From Eledone cirrhosa (taxonomy: Eukaryota): a stretch of 64,000 nucleotides of DNA. A program made the translations under genes and the position numbers. Positions 50,874-64,000 of the stretch are shown here, one piece after another. Under the pieces are notes generated by a model. That model did no database searches. It was not told the origin of the DNA and was given only the letters and a program-made list of their open reading frames with translations. Position 1 is the first letter of the stretch, and each line of letters starts with the position of its first letter. The stretch covers positions 110,980,001-111,044,000 of the forward strand of contig OZ024745.1 in NCBI GenBank assembly GCA_964016885.1, in the 5' to 3' direction.

Positions 50874-51022
50874 CATTGCTCTATTCATTTGAGGTACCAA
50901 TATATAAAGAGAAAACAACCAACCAGAAGATAGATGTCATATCCTCCTTAGTTCAAGCTAACATTAGATATTCTGCAATTTTCATACACAGACATAGCTG
51001 TAATGAATCCATTTTCCCATGA
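50874..51022 (+). CDS. Candidate terminal coding exon (phase 1 to stop)
   Basis: T-rich tract ending ATTTCAG, open frame (S)LLYSFEVPIYKEK...NESIFP*; phase fits 45471-45594. Confidence 0.28.
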
Positions 51023-51299
51023 AAATTATGAATACATTTCAGGTCAGCTTGCCAAGGATGGCTTGCATGAGTCAAGCTAATAATACCACGAAACCAAGAC
51101 ACCTATCAGACACTTGAAAAAAAATTGTCTGGTGCAAAGCAGTTCTCTATATATTTCCACGTTGGTACTGTTTTTAGTATGTTTTTCTTTAAGCATTTAT
51201 TACTGGATTTCTAAAACAAGTATTTCAGTAAGACTCTAACATGATTCAGTTTTAGGAAACTTTATGCATGTATATAAGTTACCATGTATATATATATAT

Positions 51300-51700
51300 A
51301 TCATCATCATCATCATTATCATCGTTTAATGTCTATCTTCCATGCTAGCATGGGTTTAGACGGGAATTGTCCTACGTGAGGCAAGATTGGTCGGGTGACC
51401 ATGTCTCGCTTGTATAGGACTGTCTGGCAGGTTTTCTACGGCTGGATGCCCTTCCTAACACCAACCACGTTTACAGTGTGGACTGGGAGGTTTTTACCAT
51501 GTTACTTACGCGGCCACATTACAGCATGGACTGTGTGTGTGTTTTTTTTTGTCATGACACCTACACAACCTAATTTATTTTGGCCTTGATGTTGTGGTAC
51601 CAACATAACTTTACAGAGAAAGGGTGGTGTTGGTGGGAGTGGGGTGAGGGAGTAGGGGTAGTGGGTTGGGATATATATTTGGTTAAGAGGTGCCTACAGA
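51300..51700 (-). mobile_element. RTE family A 3' UTR fragment
   Basis: Matches about 14990-15360. Confidence 0.9.
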
Positions 51701-53252
51701 ATGAGAGAAAGAAAGAGAAAGATATAAAGATATATGTAGTTATAGATAGATGTGTGTCTGTAGCAATTCTTCTCACACACACACTCTCTCTCTATCTCTC
51801 CCTCTTCTATATATGTTTATATATATATATATATATGTAGGAGGTGAGTTTTATTGTAGTACAATAAAGCAATGCAGATATCAGATAAGAAGCACTCAAC
51901 ATATATGATATGTTGATTTAAAACTGCACTATCCACAAGTGTTTTTTAACCTTCATATCATGTCTTCCTATTTTATCTTATGAAAACACAAATGTTATTG
52001 CATGATGATATTTGTTTTTGAAATGCGCATAATAAAATACATGGAACTCTTTTAACCATCTTTTGATCTTATATATAATATATATATATATATATACATA
52101 CACTCATATATGTTTATATATGTCAGTGAATCTGTTTACACATCTATGTTTAATTATGCGCGGTTACAGGCTATATATAGATACATTATTTTTATATTTT
52201 GATCCAAGAATGAAGAGTTTGTGTCTATAGAGGATTTTGGTGCAGTAAGTAAGATGAGTGAGATTATATAATTAATGTTTTCTTTAAGCTATTGAAGATT
52301 AATGGCTGGTAAAAAAACTTTAATAAGAAAGAAATATTAGTTCTGGGGTGAAGATTTGCATTTTAATGGTTAATGCAAAACCTAGGAAAGACGAGTGATA
52401 TGAGAAAGAAAATGGGTTCAAAAATAAATTGGCATAACTAAGGAAAACATGAAAGTCAGTATCTGAAAGAATACATAGTATTCAGGTTTAAAAGAAAACA
52501 AAACAAAAACAAGATGCAGCTTGATAATGCACCAAAACCTTAAAGTCAACTGAAGAAATGTCTTTTTATAGAACATAGTATGAAATACTAAAATATTCAG
52601 AAAAAAGCAAGATCCTTAGGATGTGAGAGTGCAAGATATATCCTAACTTGTTTGTTATTCCAAAGTTTTGGTATATCCTCAGCAGAGGTAAGAAAGTTGT
52701 TTAGTTCCAGATCAGCTCTGACCAATAAGTTCAATAACCAAAAGCTTTCAAGACACAATCATCCTGTTTTTTGTTATTGTTGTTATTTGTGGATTTTGGA
52801 TGGGGCACCCAGCACACAATGTAAATGTGTTTGGAATTTGGAAGGGCATCCAGCTGTAAAAATCTAGCCAGAAACGTCCTATATGAGCAAGACGCAGCCA
52901 CCTGACCCAACTTGCCTCTAATGGGTCAACAACCCATCTAACCCATGATAGCATGGAAAATAAACATTAAACGATGATGATGATGATAATGTGTAATTTG
53001 GGAAAGATTTGGTTTTTACTTTTAACAGGTTGAGTGACTGTGTAAGTTAGTTCATTGAGAGAATGTTTGAAATGATTGCTCATCAGTTTTAAACACTGAA
53101 TAGAATGGTTACATGTATCTACTATACAGATTATCACTGCTTGTCTTGACACAGTGTCATCTCATCTATAAAGTCCAAGATATGACCTTGCAGCTTTTTA
53201 TGTGTTCTGTTAGTATAATATTTCTTCACCTGATTTCCTCATCCCATATATA

Positions 53253-53441
53253 TAATTGTTTCTACTTTAGGCACAAGGCCAGCAATTACCCAGTGCATTA
53301 CTGGTACTTTATTTTATCGACCCCGTAAGGATGAAAGGCAAAGTCAACCTCGGCGGGATTTGAACTCAGATCGTAAAGGGACATAACTATGCTGGAAAGC
53401 ATGGCGTCCGACCCTCTACCGATACTGCCAATCCACTGCCC
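53253..53441 (-). mobile_element. S1 SINE
   Basis: Full-length family match. Confidence 0.9.
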
Positions 53442-55435
53442 ATATATATAATGATACAAGTATTTCTTTTGTGTGTGATTCAAACAAATAATTAAATGGC
53501 AGAAACAGCCTATATATGGTAACCCTCATAGCATATAGTGGTAATTTTTATGACTTTGAGAAGGAAAGGAAGTGCTTATGACCTTTTTTTTAAAAAGTCC
53601 CTGAGGTTGGTGAAATGTGGGAAGGAAACTATGATTCATGGATTATCCTCAGACTGAAAGCCTGTCCTGAATGCTTACAACAGAGTATCCTACCACCAAC
53701 AACCTCAGTATAGTCTGTCTGATGGACTTTGACACAGTTTCCTTCTATTCACATAGCTTCGGTCTGCTGAGGTTTATGAGAGATGAAGCCTTCGTCAGGG
53801 TGTCATATAATTGGACCAAACCACAACCGATGTGATTGTGAAGTGAACTTTCTAACCTCACGGCTATGCCTTTGGCTCATCTACTGTTTACTTCATCTAT
53901 AACTAGTGTATCCCAGAAAAAATGGCTTAAGGAAAATTTCAACATTGCAAGCAAAAAAAAACAAAGAAGACACATACAGCAGTGACTTCCTCCTACCCTG
54001 CAGTATATATTTAATTCTTTTGATACCAAACCGCTTGAAACTGCCTCTGGTTCTACGAAATTAAGTTATTTATTTTAACGTGTTTATATTTATCATAATT
54101 TTATATAAAAACCTTTATGCTGCATTCCAAATGCCAGTTTAGTAATGAAAATATATTATTACTAAATGTTTCCATATACTTAAATATTTTCAAAATTATT
54201 TGAAAATCATAGACAGTATATTTTAATGTTTACAAGGTAAGAGTGATGGATTGACAGAGTTATTTGAGCGTTGGACAAATGCATAGTAGTTGCTGAAGAT
54301 CCAGGATTTGACTACTGTGACTAATGGTGAAATATATTTCTTTAATGAAATATATACAAGGAAGATTAATCATTTTTTTAAAGGTAATATTTGAAGCTCT
54401 AGTTAAACTTTAATTAGTTACCTACCTAGCTATGTGTGATTACACACTTTACAAATTATCCCCTGTGATTGTTCCATGTGTTTATTTTAAATATATATAT
54501 ATGTCAATCAATTTCTAGTTGATATAAAATGCTCAGATCTATTCATTGGAATCTTTGAGCTTATTCTACAGTGGATATGGTGCATGTCTCAGACATGACT
54601 CCCTTAATTTAATTTAATTTAATTAAATTAATTTTGGATATATAGTAGTATTTTTCCAGATTTTTAAATTCCGAGTTCAAATTCTGTTGAGGTCAAATTT
54701 GCCTTTCACCTTTTTGAAGTTAATAAAATAAAGTACCAGACAAGTACTGGGATCAATTTAATTAACTTTCCCCTCATTAGCATTGCTTAAAGTAGAAATT
54801 ATTATAGGTATGGCAAGAAAAGGGTTAAAACAGACAGTGCTTGTGACAAAATACAAACTGCCAGCTTCTCATTTCATTGGCTGGAACCTCAGCAATTTGG
54901 CTATTGATGCTCTCACTAATTAAGGTATCCTTGCAGAAAATAATTTTAACAAAAGTTGAATATTGCTTTAAAATAATCCAGAATAGCTCATTTAAGTTTT
55001 TTTATTGGTCTGAAGTGGCATAAGAAAAACAAGATAAAATTTCTACTCGGTCAGTGGATCTGAAGTAAAATCTCCAATTTGGAATTTAAATCAATTACAA
55101 ATCCTCTAATGGAGCAGTGGTATACTTCAGTGTATTAGTAAAAGACAAAAATATAAATATTTATAAAAGATACAAAAATACAAAACTAAATTCCAATTAC
55201 AAATAAATTCCAATTTCAGGTAAAACTTCTTCATAACTGTAGGCAAAATTCAATTTTCTTTCTCAGTAATTTAAGAGGTGAGTGATGTAGTGTAAAAGAA
55301 ATTAAGTTCTTAGAAAGATAAGCTGTTAATTTAAAGTTGTAGCCAATTTACTTGACATATATAACTAATGCTCTTCATAACAGCATGAATGTCGCAAAAT
55401 CCCATTCATATTCCAGAAAGAAATTCATGTTTTAA

Positions 55436-55686
55436 CCCTTTTGTTACTATATTTCTAATGAAAGACATTGCCTAAGATTTTCAAATCATTTTGAAATAAG
55501 CATGAATTTGGAGGGATTTAGTAAAATAACTTTCTCATTATCAATCCAGTGTTTAGAACATAACTTAATAAGGGGTCTTACATAAAATTATGATAGAGTG
55601 TTTTTAGATAAATATAAAAATTTCAAAACAAACTGTTTTGAATCATAGAACCAGAAGCAGTTTCAAACAGTTTAGTATCAAAAGGG
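55436..55686. mobile_element. piggyBac-like MITE
   Basis: TTAA-CCCTTTTGTTACTA ... TAGTATCAAAAGGG-TTAA; related inverted relic begins near 54012. Confidence 0.82.
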
Positions 55687-56873
55687 TTAAGAATCTTCAC
55701 ATGAATTCCAAAGACTTTATTTTTTTTTAATTACAGGTTGCTTTATAAAAAGAAATACAAACCAATGATTGATCAAAGGCCTTCCAGTTATGATTATCTA
55801 ATCATTCTTGGATTACATTGGTATCATATGGTCCCGTAACTCCTGAGGGGTGTCGTAGTGGCATACAGTATTTCTCGTTCATTTTTAAGCCTGGTGGAGC
55901 CCATTTCTCTCCAGGTCTGAACACAGCAGATTTCTTCCAGAGAAGGACAGAAAGTGAAAAAAGAAAGTAAGAAAGGGTTATAGTAGAAGAATCGATACCA
56001 GTACTAGACTGGTACTTTTTATTGACCTCGAAACATGTATACGCTTTTTAATATTGAGAATTTAATTCAAGGGAGATTTGGCTGCTATTTCTAACAGATT
56101 GAGCTACCAGATAGAGGTTCCCTTGTTGGCTCCATAAGTCAAAAGGTGAATAAAAACACCTTAGATCTTTTGTGTTAAATTTTATGTTAATTCAGACTAA
56201 CATCACTTGCCACTAGTGAAAATATCGGCAACTAAAGATAGACTGAACATTGGCATTCAGTAGCTCATAAAGAGAATTTCTAAAATTAGATAGCCACGCC
56301 AACAATAACAACAACAATAACAAGAAATAAGTTAAACAGTGTAAGGTAAGAAACAGAAATAGAAGCACAAGTTCAAATATTTATATACTTACAATGAAAA
56401 AGTGTCAGTATTTTTAGCCACAGTTTTGTTTGTTTATTTATTTACACACTAATGTTGATATGTAATAGAAGATAATGAAATGTGTATGCTACCATTCACG
56501 CCTTCTCGTTTTTGTTTTTCTTTTTTGTAAATCTTATTCAGAAACAAATAACAAAAGACATACTAACACTAGTTCCTTTATTGTTTCAGTTCTTCGTTGC
56601 ACCGACTGTCTTACACAACACTGTGGTTACTACTGTAGATCTTTTTGGTATTCTACTGTAAGTAAAAGTAAGAAAGACAACAGGAGTATAGAGCCAAACT
56701 TAAGTTTTGTTTAGTTCACCATCGTTGTTGTTATTTGTGGATGAGGTGGGTTGGAAGGGGAGGAGGGCTATAACTGAATGGTTGGTTGGCTGAATTGCTG
56801 ACTGGAGAGGTTGGATGGATGGATGGTAAGTTGGATGGATAGTTGGGTGGCTAGATAGATAGATAGATAGATA

Positions 56874-57244
56874 TGTTTCTTTATTAGCCACAGGGGCACA
56901 AGAGAAGGGGACAAATACAAAGGGGGAAGTTTACATACAATAAAAACGTGTAAAATATTATCACAAATGCAATTGAAAAGTTAATCGATTTTCCCCAATA
57001 GGGGGAGACATTTCATATGGGTAACACACCATATGGGTAACATACCCCCGAAAAAATGTGCAACCCTCATCTCCAGGAGTACGAAGAGTTTGTACCCCTT
57101 TCCTCTCTTCCTCCTTTTCCTCATCCTACAGGCTGATATAGAGAGAAGGCCCATTAACTCGGGCCATTCTCGCCACCTTCACCCACCTTTCATAAAACTT
57201 GCTGGGGTACAGCACCTCTCTCTCCATCCTGATTCTTCTTCCAA
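56874..57244 (-). mobile_element. 3' end of a Tx1/L1-like LINE within a (TATC)n tract
   Basis: Minus frame GRRIRMEREVLYPSKFYERWVKVARMARVNGPSLYISL* (stop 57126-57128) resembles the Tx1 ORF2 C-terminus as recalled; 3' UTR ends AATAAAGAAAC; GATA repeats on both sides. Confidence 0.6.
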
Positions 57245-57696
57245 ATAGATAGATAGATAAATATGTGACTAGATAGCTGGATATTTGGCTAGATAGATAG
57301 ACAGATGGTGGGGGGGGGGGGTTAGATAGATCGATGGTTGGCTAAATAGATGATTGGGTGGCTTAATAGATAGATAGATAGATAGGTGACTAGTTATATT
57401 TCTTTATCTGTCACAAGGTTAGCTAGATAGGTGAGTAGAGAGATACTTGTATTTGACTAGATCGATAGATGGGTAGATAGATAGATGAATGACAAGTTGG
57501 TGGATGGATAGCTGGATAACTGGATGGATGGGATGGGTAGATAAATGGATGATTGTCTAAATGGCTAGATGATTAGATGGTTAGTTGGGTTGATAGTTGA
57601 CTGGAATAAATGGCTGGGTAGATGGATGGTCAGCTGGAAATATATGGCTACCCAACTTCACTGATAAGGCTTAGGTCGACATGTAGCTATGATAAA

Positions 57697-57698
<2 letters not shown>

Positions 57699-57729
<31 letters not shown>

Positions 57730-57900
57730 CTTCTTCTTCTTCTTCTTCTTCTTCTTCTTCGCCTGAGATGGTGTTGAGGGCAGAGTCCTCAAACATTCCT
57801 TCCGGCGGGTCCTGTCAGAGGCAACCATCTCCAACTGATCCAGCTGGATCCGCAAGCGAGACCAGCTAAGCTCATAAATGTTATCCAACCATCTTGCTCG
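57699..57900 (-). mobile_element. RTE family C 3' end with (GAA)n tail
   Basis: RWLDNIYELSWSRLRIQLDQLEMVASDR followed by (AAG)n. Confidence 0.82.
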
Positions 57901-59039
57901 GGGAGGGATGAATGGCTACATGCGTGGCTCCCAGGCAGGCTGAATGGAGAAATGACAGTTTGAATGACTGGGTAGTTGGATAGATGGTTGGCAGGCTGAA
58001 TGGCTGAATAGATGGATAGATGGCTACATATTTTAGCATGTTGAATAATGATCCTTCTCACAGAGTTTGATGTTGCAATTAATTATTCAGTTAAATGAAA
58101 TGTTTTCATCTAAAATCTGAAATTTCAACAGTAAAAAGAATGCTACTTAAAACATATTTTCCTTTTAGTAAACTTTGTGTCTTCTGAATGGGTTAAAATC
58201 CACTTTAGGTTTTTATTATTTTTTTCTGCTAAAAGCACAAAGGAAGAAGCCAAACTGTCTACTCATCTGAACAATTTCTTCTTGTTCTTTGAATTAGTAT
58301 TTGGCAGTCTAAATGTGTCTATGCCATGTCCTATATATACATGTCCTACATATTTTTAACTTTTCATCAAATTCTTATAATTCAGCAACAAACAAAAATA
58401 ATGTTTTTAACTCAAGAATAAGACAATAAATGGCCTTATGGTATAGCTGAATATATTGATCTCCAGTACTTCACTGGTATTTATTTTATTGACCCCAGAA
58501 TGATGAAAGAGTAAGTAAAGATTTTGTTTGCTTCTTTTTTTTTCATCACTTATTCACAGGAGGAAAGGAAGCTCCTTTGGCCTTTTACAGGGTCTCTAAG
58601 ATTGGTGAAAGGAAAGAAGAGAGACACCCTTGATCTTTGTATCTTTGTCAGGGTCTTTAAAATTAGTGAGCAGAAAGGCAATACCCTTGAAATTGGGTGG
58701 AGGAAAAAGAACATTGCCCTTGGATAACATCGATGGTGTGGTGAGGGGTAGCAGATATGCATAGGTGACTGGTGGTCTTCCACAAAAAAACCTTGCCCAG
58801 ACTTTGTACTTCAGATGGGAACATTCTAGGTCCAAAAAGTCCATGGTCATTCTTGACTAACATACAGCTGTGTAGGGTTTGAAATATTAATAGACACATG
58901 GATTAAACTAAGTATAAAGAAGTAATGAGGAAATACAAAAAAAAATCATTAATAAAAATAATTAAATTGGATAACAGTTATGTTTTCAATATGCTACCTA
59001 CATATAAACACACGCACACACACACACACACGCGTGCGT

Positions 59040-59087
<48 letters not shown>

Positions 59088-59098
59088 GTATATATATA

Positions 59099-59368
59099 TA
59101 ATAACAATATATAAGGGAACAGAGATTCAGTATTGCATCATATACATATTTAATTACATATGTTTCACTGTCAATCAGCTCGAGGAACACTTGATTAATG
59201 ATCAAAACTAACTCTGGAATCAGAAACTCCTCAGATATGTGTTAACATGTAGACTCATGTCTACATGTTAACATGTTTCACTGATCAACAGTGAAACATG
59301 TGTAATATGTAATTAAATATGAATATGATGCAAACTGATTCTTTGTTCCTGTATATATTGTTATTATT
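59099..59368. repeat. Fold-back / MITE-like element
   Basis: About 59099-59171 is inverted at about 59288-59368; nested hairpin TGTTAACATGTAGAC/GTCTACATGTTAACA. Confidence 0.75.
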
Positions 59369-59374
59369 GATACC

Positions 59375-59563
59375 CGGCGGTCGATTGGCAGTATCGGTAG
59401 AGGGTCGGGTGCCATGCTTTGCAGCAAAGAGTCACGTCCCTTTATGGTCTGAGTTCAAATCCCGCCGAGGTTAACTTCGCCTTTCATCCTTACGGGGTCG
59501 ATAAAATAAGGTACCAGTAATACACTGGGATAATTGCTGGCCTTGTGCCAAAAGTAGAAATAA
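59375..59563 (+). mobile_element. S1 SINE with TSD
   Basis: Full length; TTATTGATAC on both sides. Confidence 0.9.
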
Positions 59564-59639
59564 TTATTGATACTCTGCTCCCCAAGAGTATCGAGTGCTC
59601 ATATTGGCATAACTCCTATGGACGTAATTAATTTGCACC

Positions 59640-59751
<112 letters not shown>

Positions 59752-60637
59752 GGAGAGAGTAGGATGGAAGAAAAGAGAGTAGGAAGAGGGTACAAGAAGT
59801 GAAAGAAGGAAAAAGTAAAATAATAGTGAAAAACAGAGTAAGAGAGAGAAGAGGAGGGATAGAGAGTGAAAGAGATAGAGATAGAGAGATAGATAGATAG
59901 ATAAAGAGAGAGAGAGGGAGGAGAGAGAGATTATATCTTGATAAGCAGGGCTAACGAGGAAAACTAATGTCATTTTTAGAACCAGTGACCTTATTATACC
60001 CAGAAACAGGTCTAACATTTAAGTCACCAAAATTTGTGTTCCCCAGTGTAAATAAACAATAAAATAGAATCAACAACTAAAACTGTCTAATTTTCTTAGA
60101 AAAAGAGAAAATTGTGATATAAAATTGCAAAATTGCTCTGAAAATGGATGATTAGGAAGATAAATAAGAACTGTATGTAAATAAATCAATAGATACAATA
60201 ATGATATGAAGTAAAACATCATCAGAGAACACTTTTGGTCTCTTTTCTGTCTATGAGTTGTGTCTATGTTGGTATTAATGTGTATGAGGGAATGAGAAAG
60301 AGAAAGAAAGTGACATAGAATATGTGTGTAAGTGTGTGGGTGTAGGCATGTGTGTGTATATATATGCGTGTACACATACACATATATGTGCGTGCATGTA
60401 TTAATTTATAAATGAATATAAATATGCTTGAGATTTTTCCATATCACAAGAAATTCTCCCAGAAGATCTGCTATCTATTCCAGAAAGTTTAATAAGTTAA
60501 TATTTACAGATACTAACACATAAATTAAACATGAAACCACAATGGAATAAAATATTAATGACACATCTATATATGCACAAATATTCACAAATATGCACAT
60601 AATATATAACCACAAATGACTAAAATCATATCACATA

Positions 60638-61130
60638 TTCTTCTTCTTCTTCTTCTTCTTCTTCTTCTTCTTCTTCTTCTTCTTCTTCTTCTTCTTCTTC
60701 TTCTTCTTCTTCTTCTTCTTCTTCTTCTTCTTCTTCTTCTTCTTCTTCTTCAATACCAGCCAAGCTCATGGACGTTATCCAACCATTTTGCTTGGGATCT
60801 ACCACTGGGTCTCCTGCCAGTTGGTTTTTCCCATAAAATCTGTCTAGCAATTCTTTCCTGAGATATTCTGACCACATGTCCATAGTATTGGAGCTGTCAT
60901 CTCTCAATTCGGAGAAATAGTGGCTCTATCTGAAGCAACCCTCTAATCTCCGAGCTACACTATCAAGTAACGTTACTACAAAGACTTTTCAGAGAAACCT
61001 AATTTCAGCTGCTTGTATTTACATTCGTATTCTTTTGGTTTTTACTCAAGATTCATGACCATGGGTAAGGGTTAGCATGAATACTAAGCTTCTATACCTA
61101 CCTCTCTCATTCTTAATATTGAGCATAAAC
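60638..61130 (-). mobile_element. RTE family C fragment with long (GAA)n tail
   Basis: Minus strand LTHGHES*, QLQYYGHVVRI, PTGRRPSGR..WLDNVHEL; (TTC)n at 60638-60751. Confidence 0.82.
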
Positions 61131-61589
61131 ATTATGAATGTGTTGTCATAATTACCTTAAATCTAAAAAGTGTGCTCAAATATCACATACCCCAATGATA
61201 TATATATATAAAGATATATGAGTACTTTGGTAGGTTATGGTCCACCTAGTTTTTTTTACCACTCCCTATCTGATATATAAACATATAGCAATACACAACT
61301 GTATTCTGGAAAGTGGTGGCATATTTGAGGGATTTGAATTTATCTATATTATATAAACTCACAACAACAAAAGTGAAAGTTTTGAGGTGCCAAAATTCTG
61401 TTGAAAATTCACAGAATTCAATTCTCTTCTATTTATGTGTGGAATACCTACTGCGATATATATCAACAAATACAGCTTTATTTTTAAATAAACTTGTAGA
61501 AATAAAAATACATCATAAACAATTGTGCTTTGTGAAATATTTTGAGAAATATTTATCTGAAGAGTTCTGAGTATAGTTAAAGCTGTACT

Positions 61590-62190
61590 TGTATTGTTCT
61601 TGTATGATATAGTTGATCACTTCAAATACCTTCATCACCAAAGAAGGGTCAAAGCAGGGAATCTTCTCAAGAGCTACTCAAGCATCAGCATAATCAACAA
61701 TGTTAAGACAAATATGGTAATGCAAGGTCATAAGTCTCAAAGCTAAACTACAACTTATGTGTGCTTTATCTTTTTATATGCCTATGCATAATGGACGCCC
61801 ACAGTAGAATTACAATGAACATACTGAGATTTGAAATGAGTTGTTACTGAAAAATTTAAGGCATCTCCTTATACAGAACACATAAGCATTAGAATATTAG
61901 CATGGCAATTATGTAACGTGGGCAATTATGAAAACCTTGTCACTACTGTAAAGAAAAGAATAGTGAGATGGTGGAGTCGTCTGTAACAAGATCTATTTGA
62001 CTGACAAAAATCATCCTCCAAGGAACAGTTTAGAGAGGAAAGAAGACAAGGACATCTGAAGCAGAAATGAGCAGATAATGTCAAGGGTTCGACCAATCAG
62101 GACTTCACAGCAACCCAAGTCTTTGGTTGCAGCAGTAATTGATGGAAGGGTGGATATGGTTCACTTCTCCACTCTGCAGCATCCCTATGG
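61590..62190 (+). pseudogene. Highly decayed RTE-like RT C-terminal relic
   Basis: VDHFKYL, LRFEMSCY*K.LGI, IILQGT, RRQG remnants with stops. Confidence 0.55.
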
Positions 62191-62486
62191 TAAAGGGAAA
62201 AAATGAAGTAATAATACAAGTATATTTTAATTACTTTACAATCATATGGCCACAGGTTTCATCACATAGTGTGGAATCTTGAGTAACTGTTCTTTTTATC
62301 ACATTTGAATCTAATCTTTTCTGTAGCATCTCATTCCAAATGTCAGTATGTTCATCGTAATTCTGCTATATATATACTTGGTATAGTTTGTGTTAGATCA
62401 ACCAACACTAGTGTTCACAGGATAGAGTACTCACCGAAGTATATATGGAAGTCTGTGTACTCCAGAGTATTAGTATAACAATGAAT

Positions 62487-62752
62487 TAGAAGTCAGTAGG
62501 TTAGAATTTACCTCATTTATTTGTTACACAACTGCTGTTATCTGTATTTTGATATTATGCAACAGTTACTACCTCATCAGACAGCTATTACCTGAACAAA
62601 AATAAAGATAAAAATTACTCATACTGTTTCCATTCAGTGATATGCCACAGACGGGTTATTGATATTGTTCCCTCAAAGCCCTGCTGCTCAGCAGGGCTTT
62701 GAGGGGTTGTGTAACAAATAAATGATGTAAATTCTAACCTACTGACTTCTAC
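62487..62752. repeat. Inverted-repeat element with internal perfect hairpin
   Basis: About 46-bp IR 62487-62533/62707-62752; CCCTCAAAGCCCTGCTG-ct-CAGCAGGGCTTTGAGGG at 62670-62705. Confidence 0.8.
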
Positions 62753-62759
62753 TTCTTTG

Positions 62760-62797
<38 letters not shown>

Positions 62798-62812
62798 CTT
62801 TGTGGCCTTTAG

Positions 62813-64000
<1,188 letters not shown>

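Noticed and set aside
57655-57695. CTGATAA-GGCttagGTC-GACA hammerhead-like string
   Set aside because: Two core changes and no stem I.
58524-58727. Exon-like frame EERKLLWPF..
   Set aside because: No clear donor, lies between SINE relics, no recognisable homology.

Overview
AT-rich, microsatellite-dense animal DNA, most likely an intron or intergenic region of an octopus (coleoid cephalopod) genome. That assignment is inferred from recalled repeat families, not from a search. No complete host gene is visible. Three small + strand segments (18289-18468, 45471-45594, 50874-51022) have splice sites and compatible phases and may be exons. Most of the window is retroelement-derived: several RTE-type LINE families (5'-truncated or disrupted), a Penelope-like GIY-YIG fragment, a Tx1-like 3' end, many tRNA-derived SINEs, Tc1/mariner, piggyBac-like and hAT-like MITEs, fold-back elements and three minisatellites (11, 44 and 63 bp units). 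Most notable: (1) seven hammerhead-ribozyme-like motifs, five near-intact and two decayed. Three lie in unrelated non-coding elements within 40.1-44.2 kb, and one of these is a 480-bp terminally redundant, retrozyme-like unit. (2) A C4HC3 PHD finger sits inside the reverse transcriptase of the dominant RTE family. (3) Tandem H-type pseudoknots with covariation occur in that family's 3' UTR, one of them retained in a partner SINE. (4) An inverted LINE pair brackets a candidate exon. All folds and alignments were done by eye, and boundaries of degenerate repeats are approximate.
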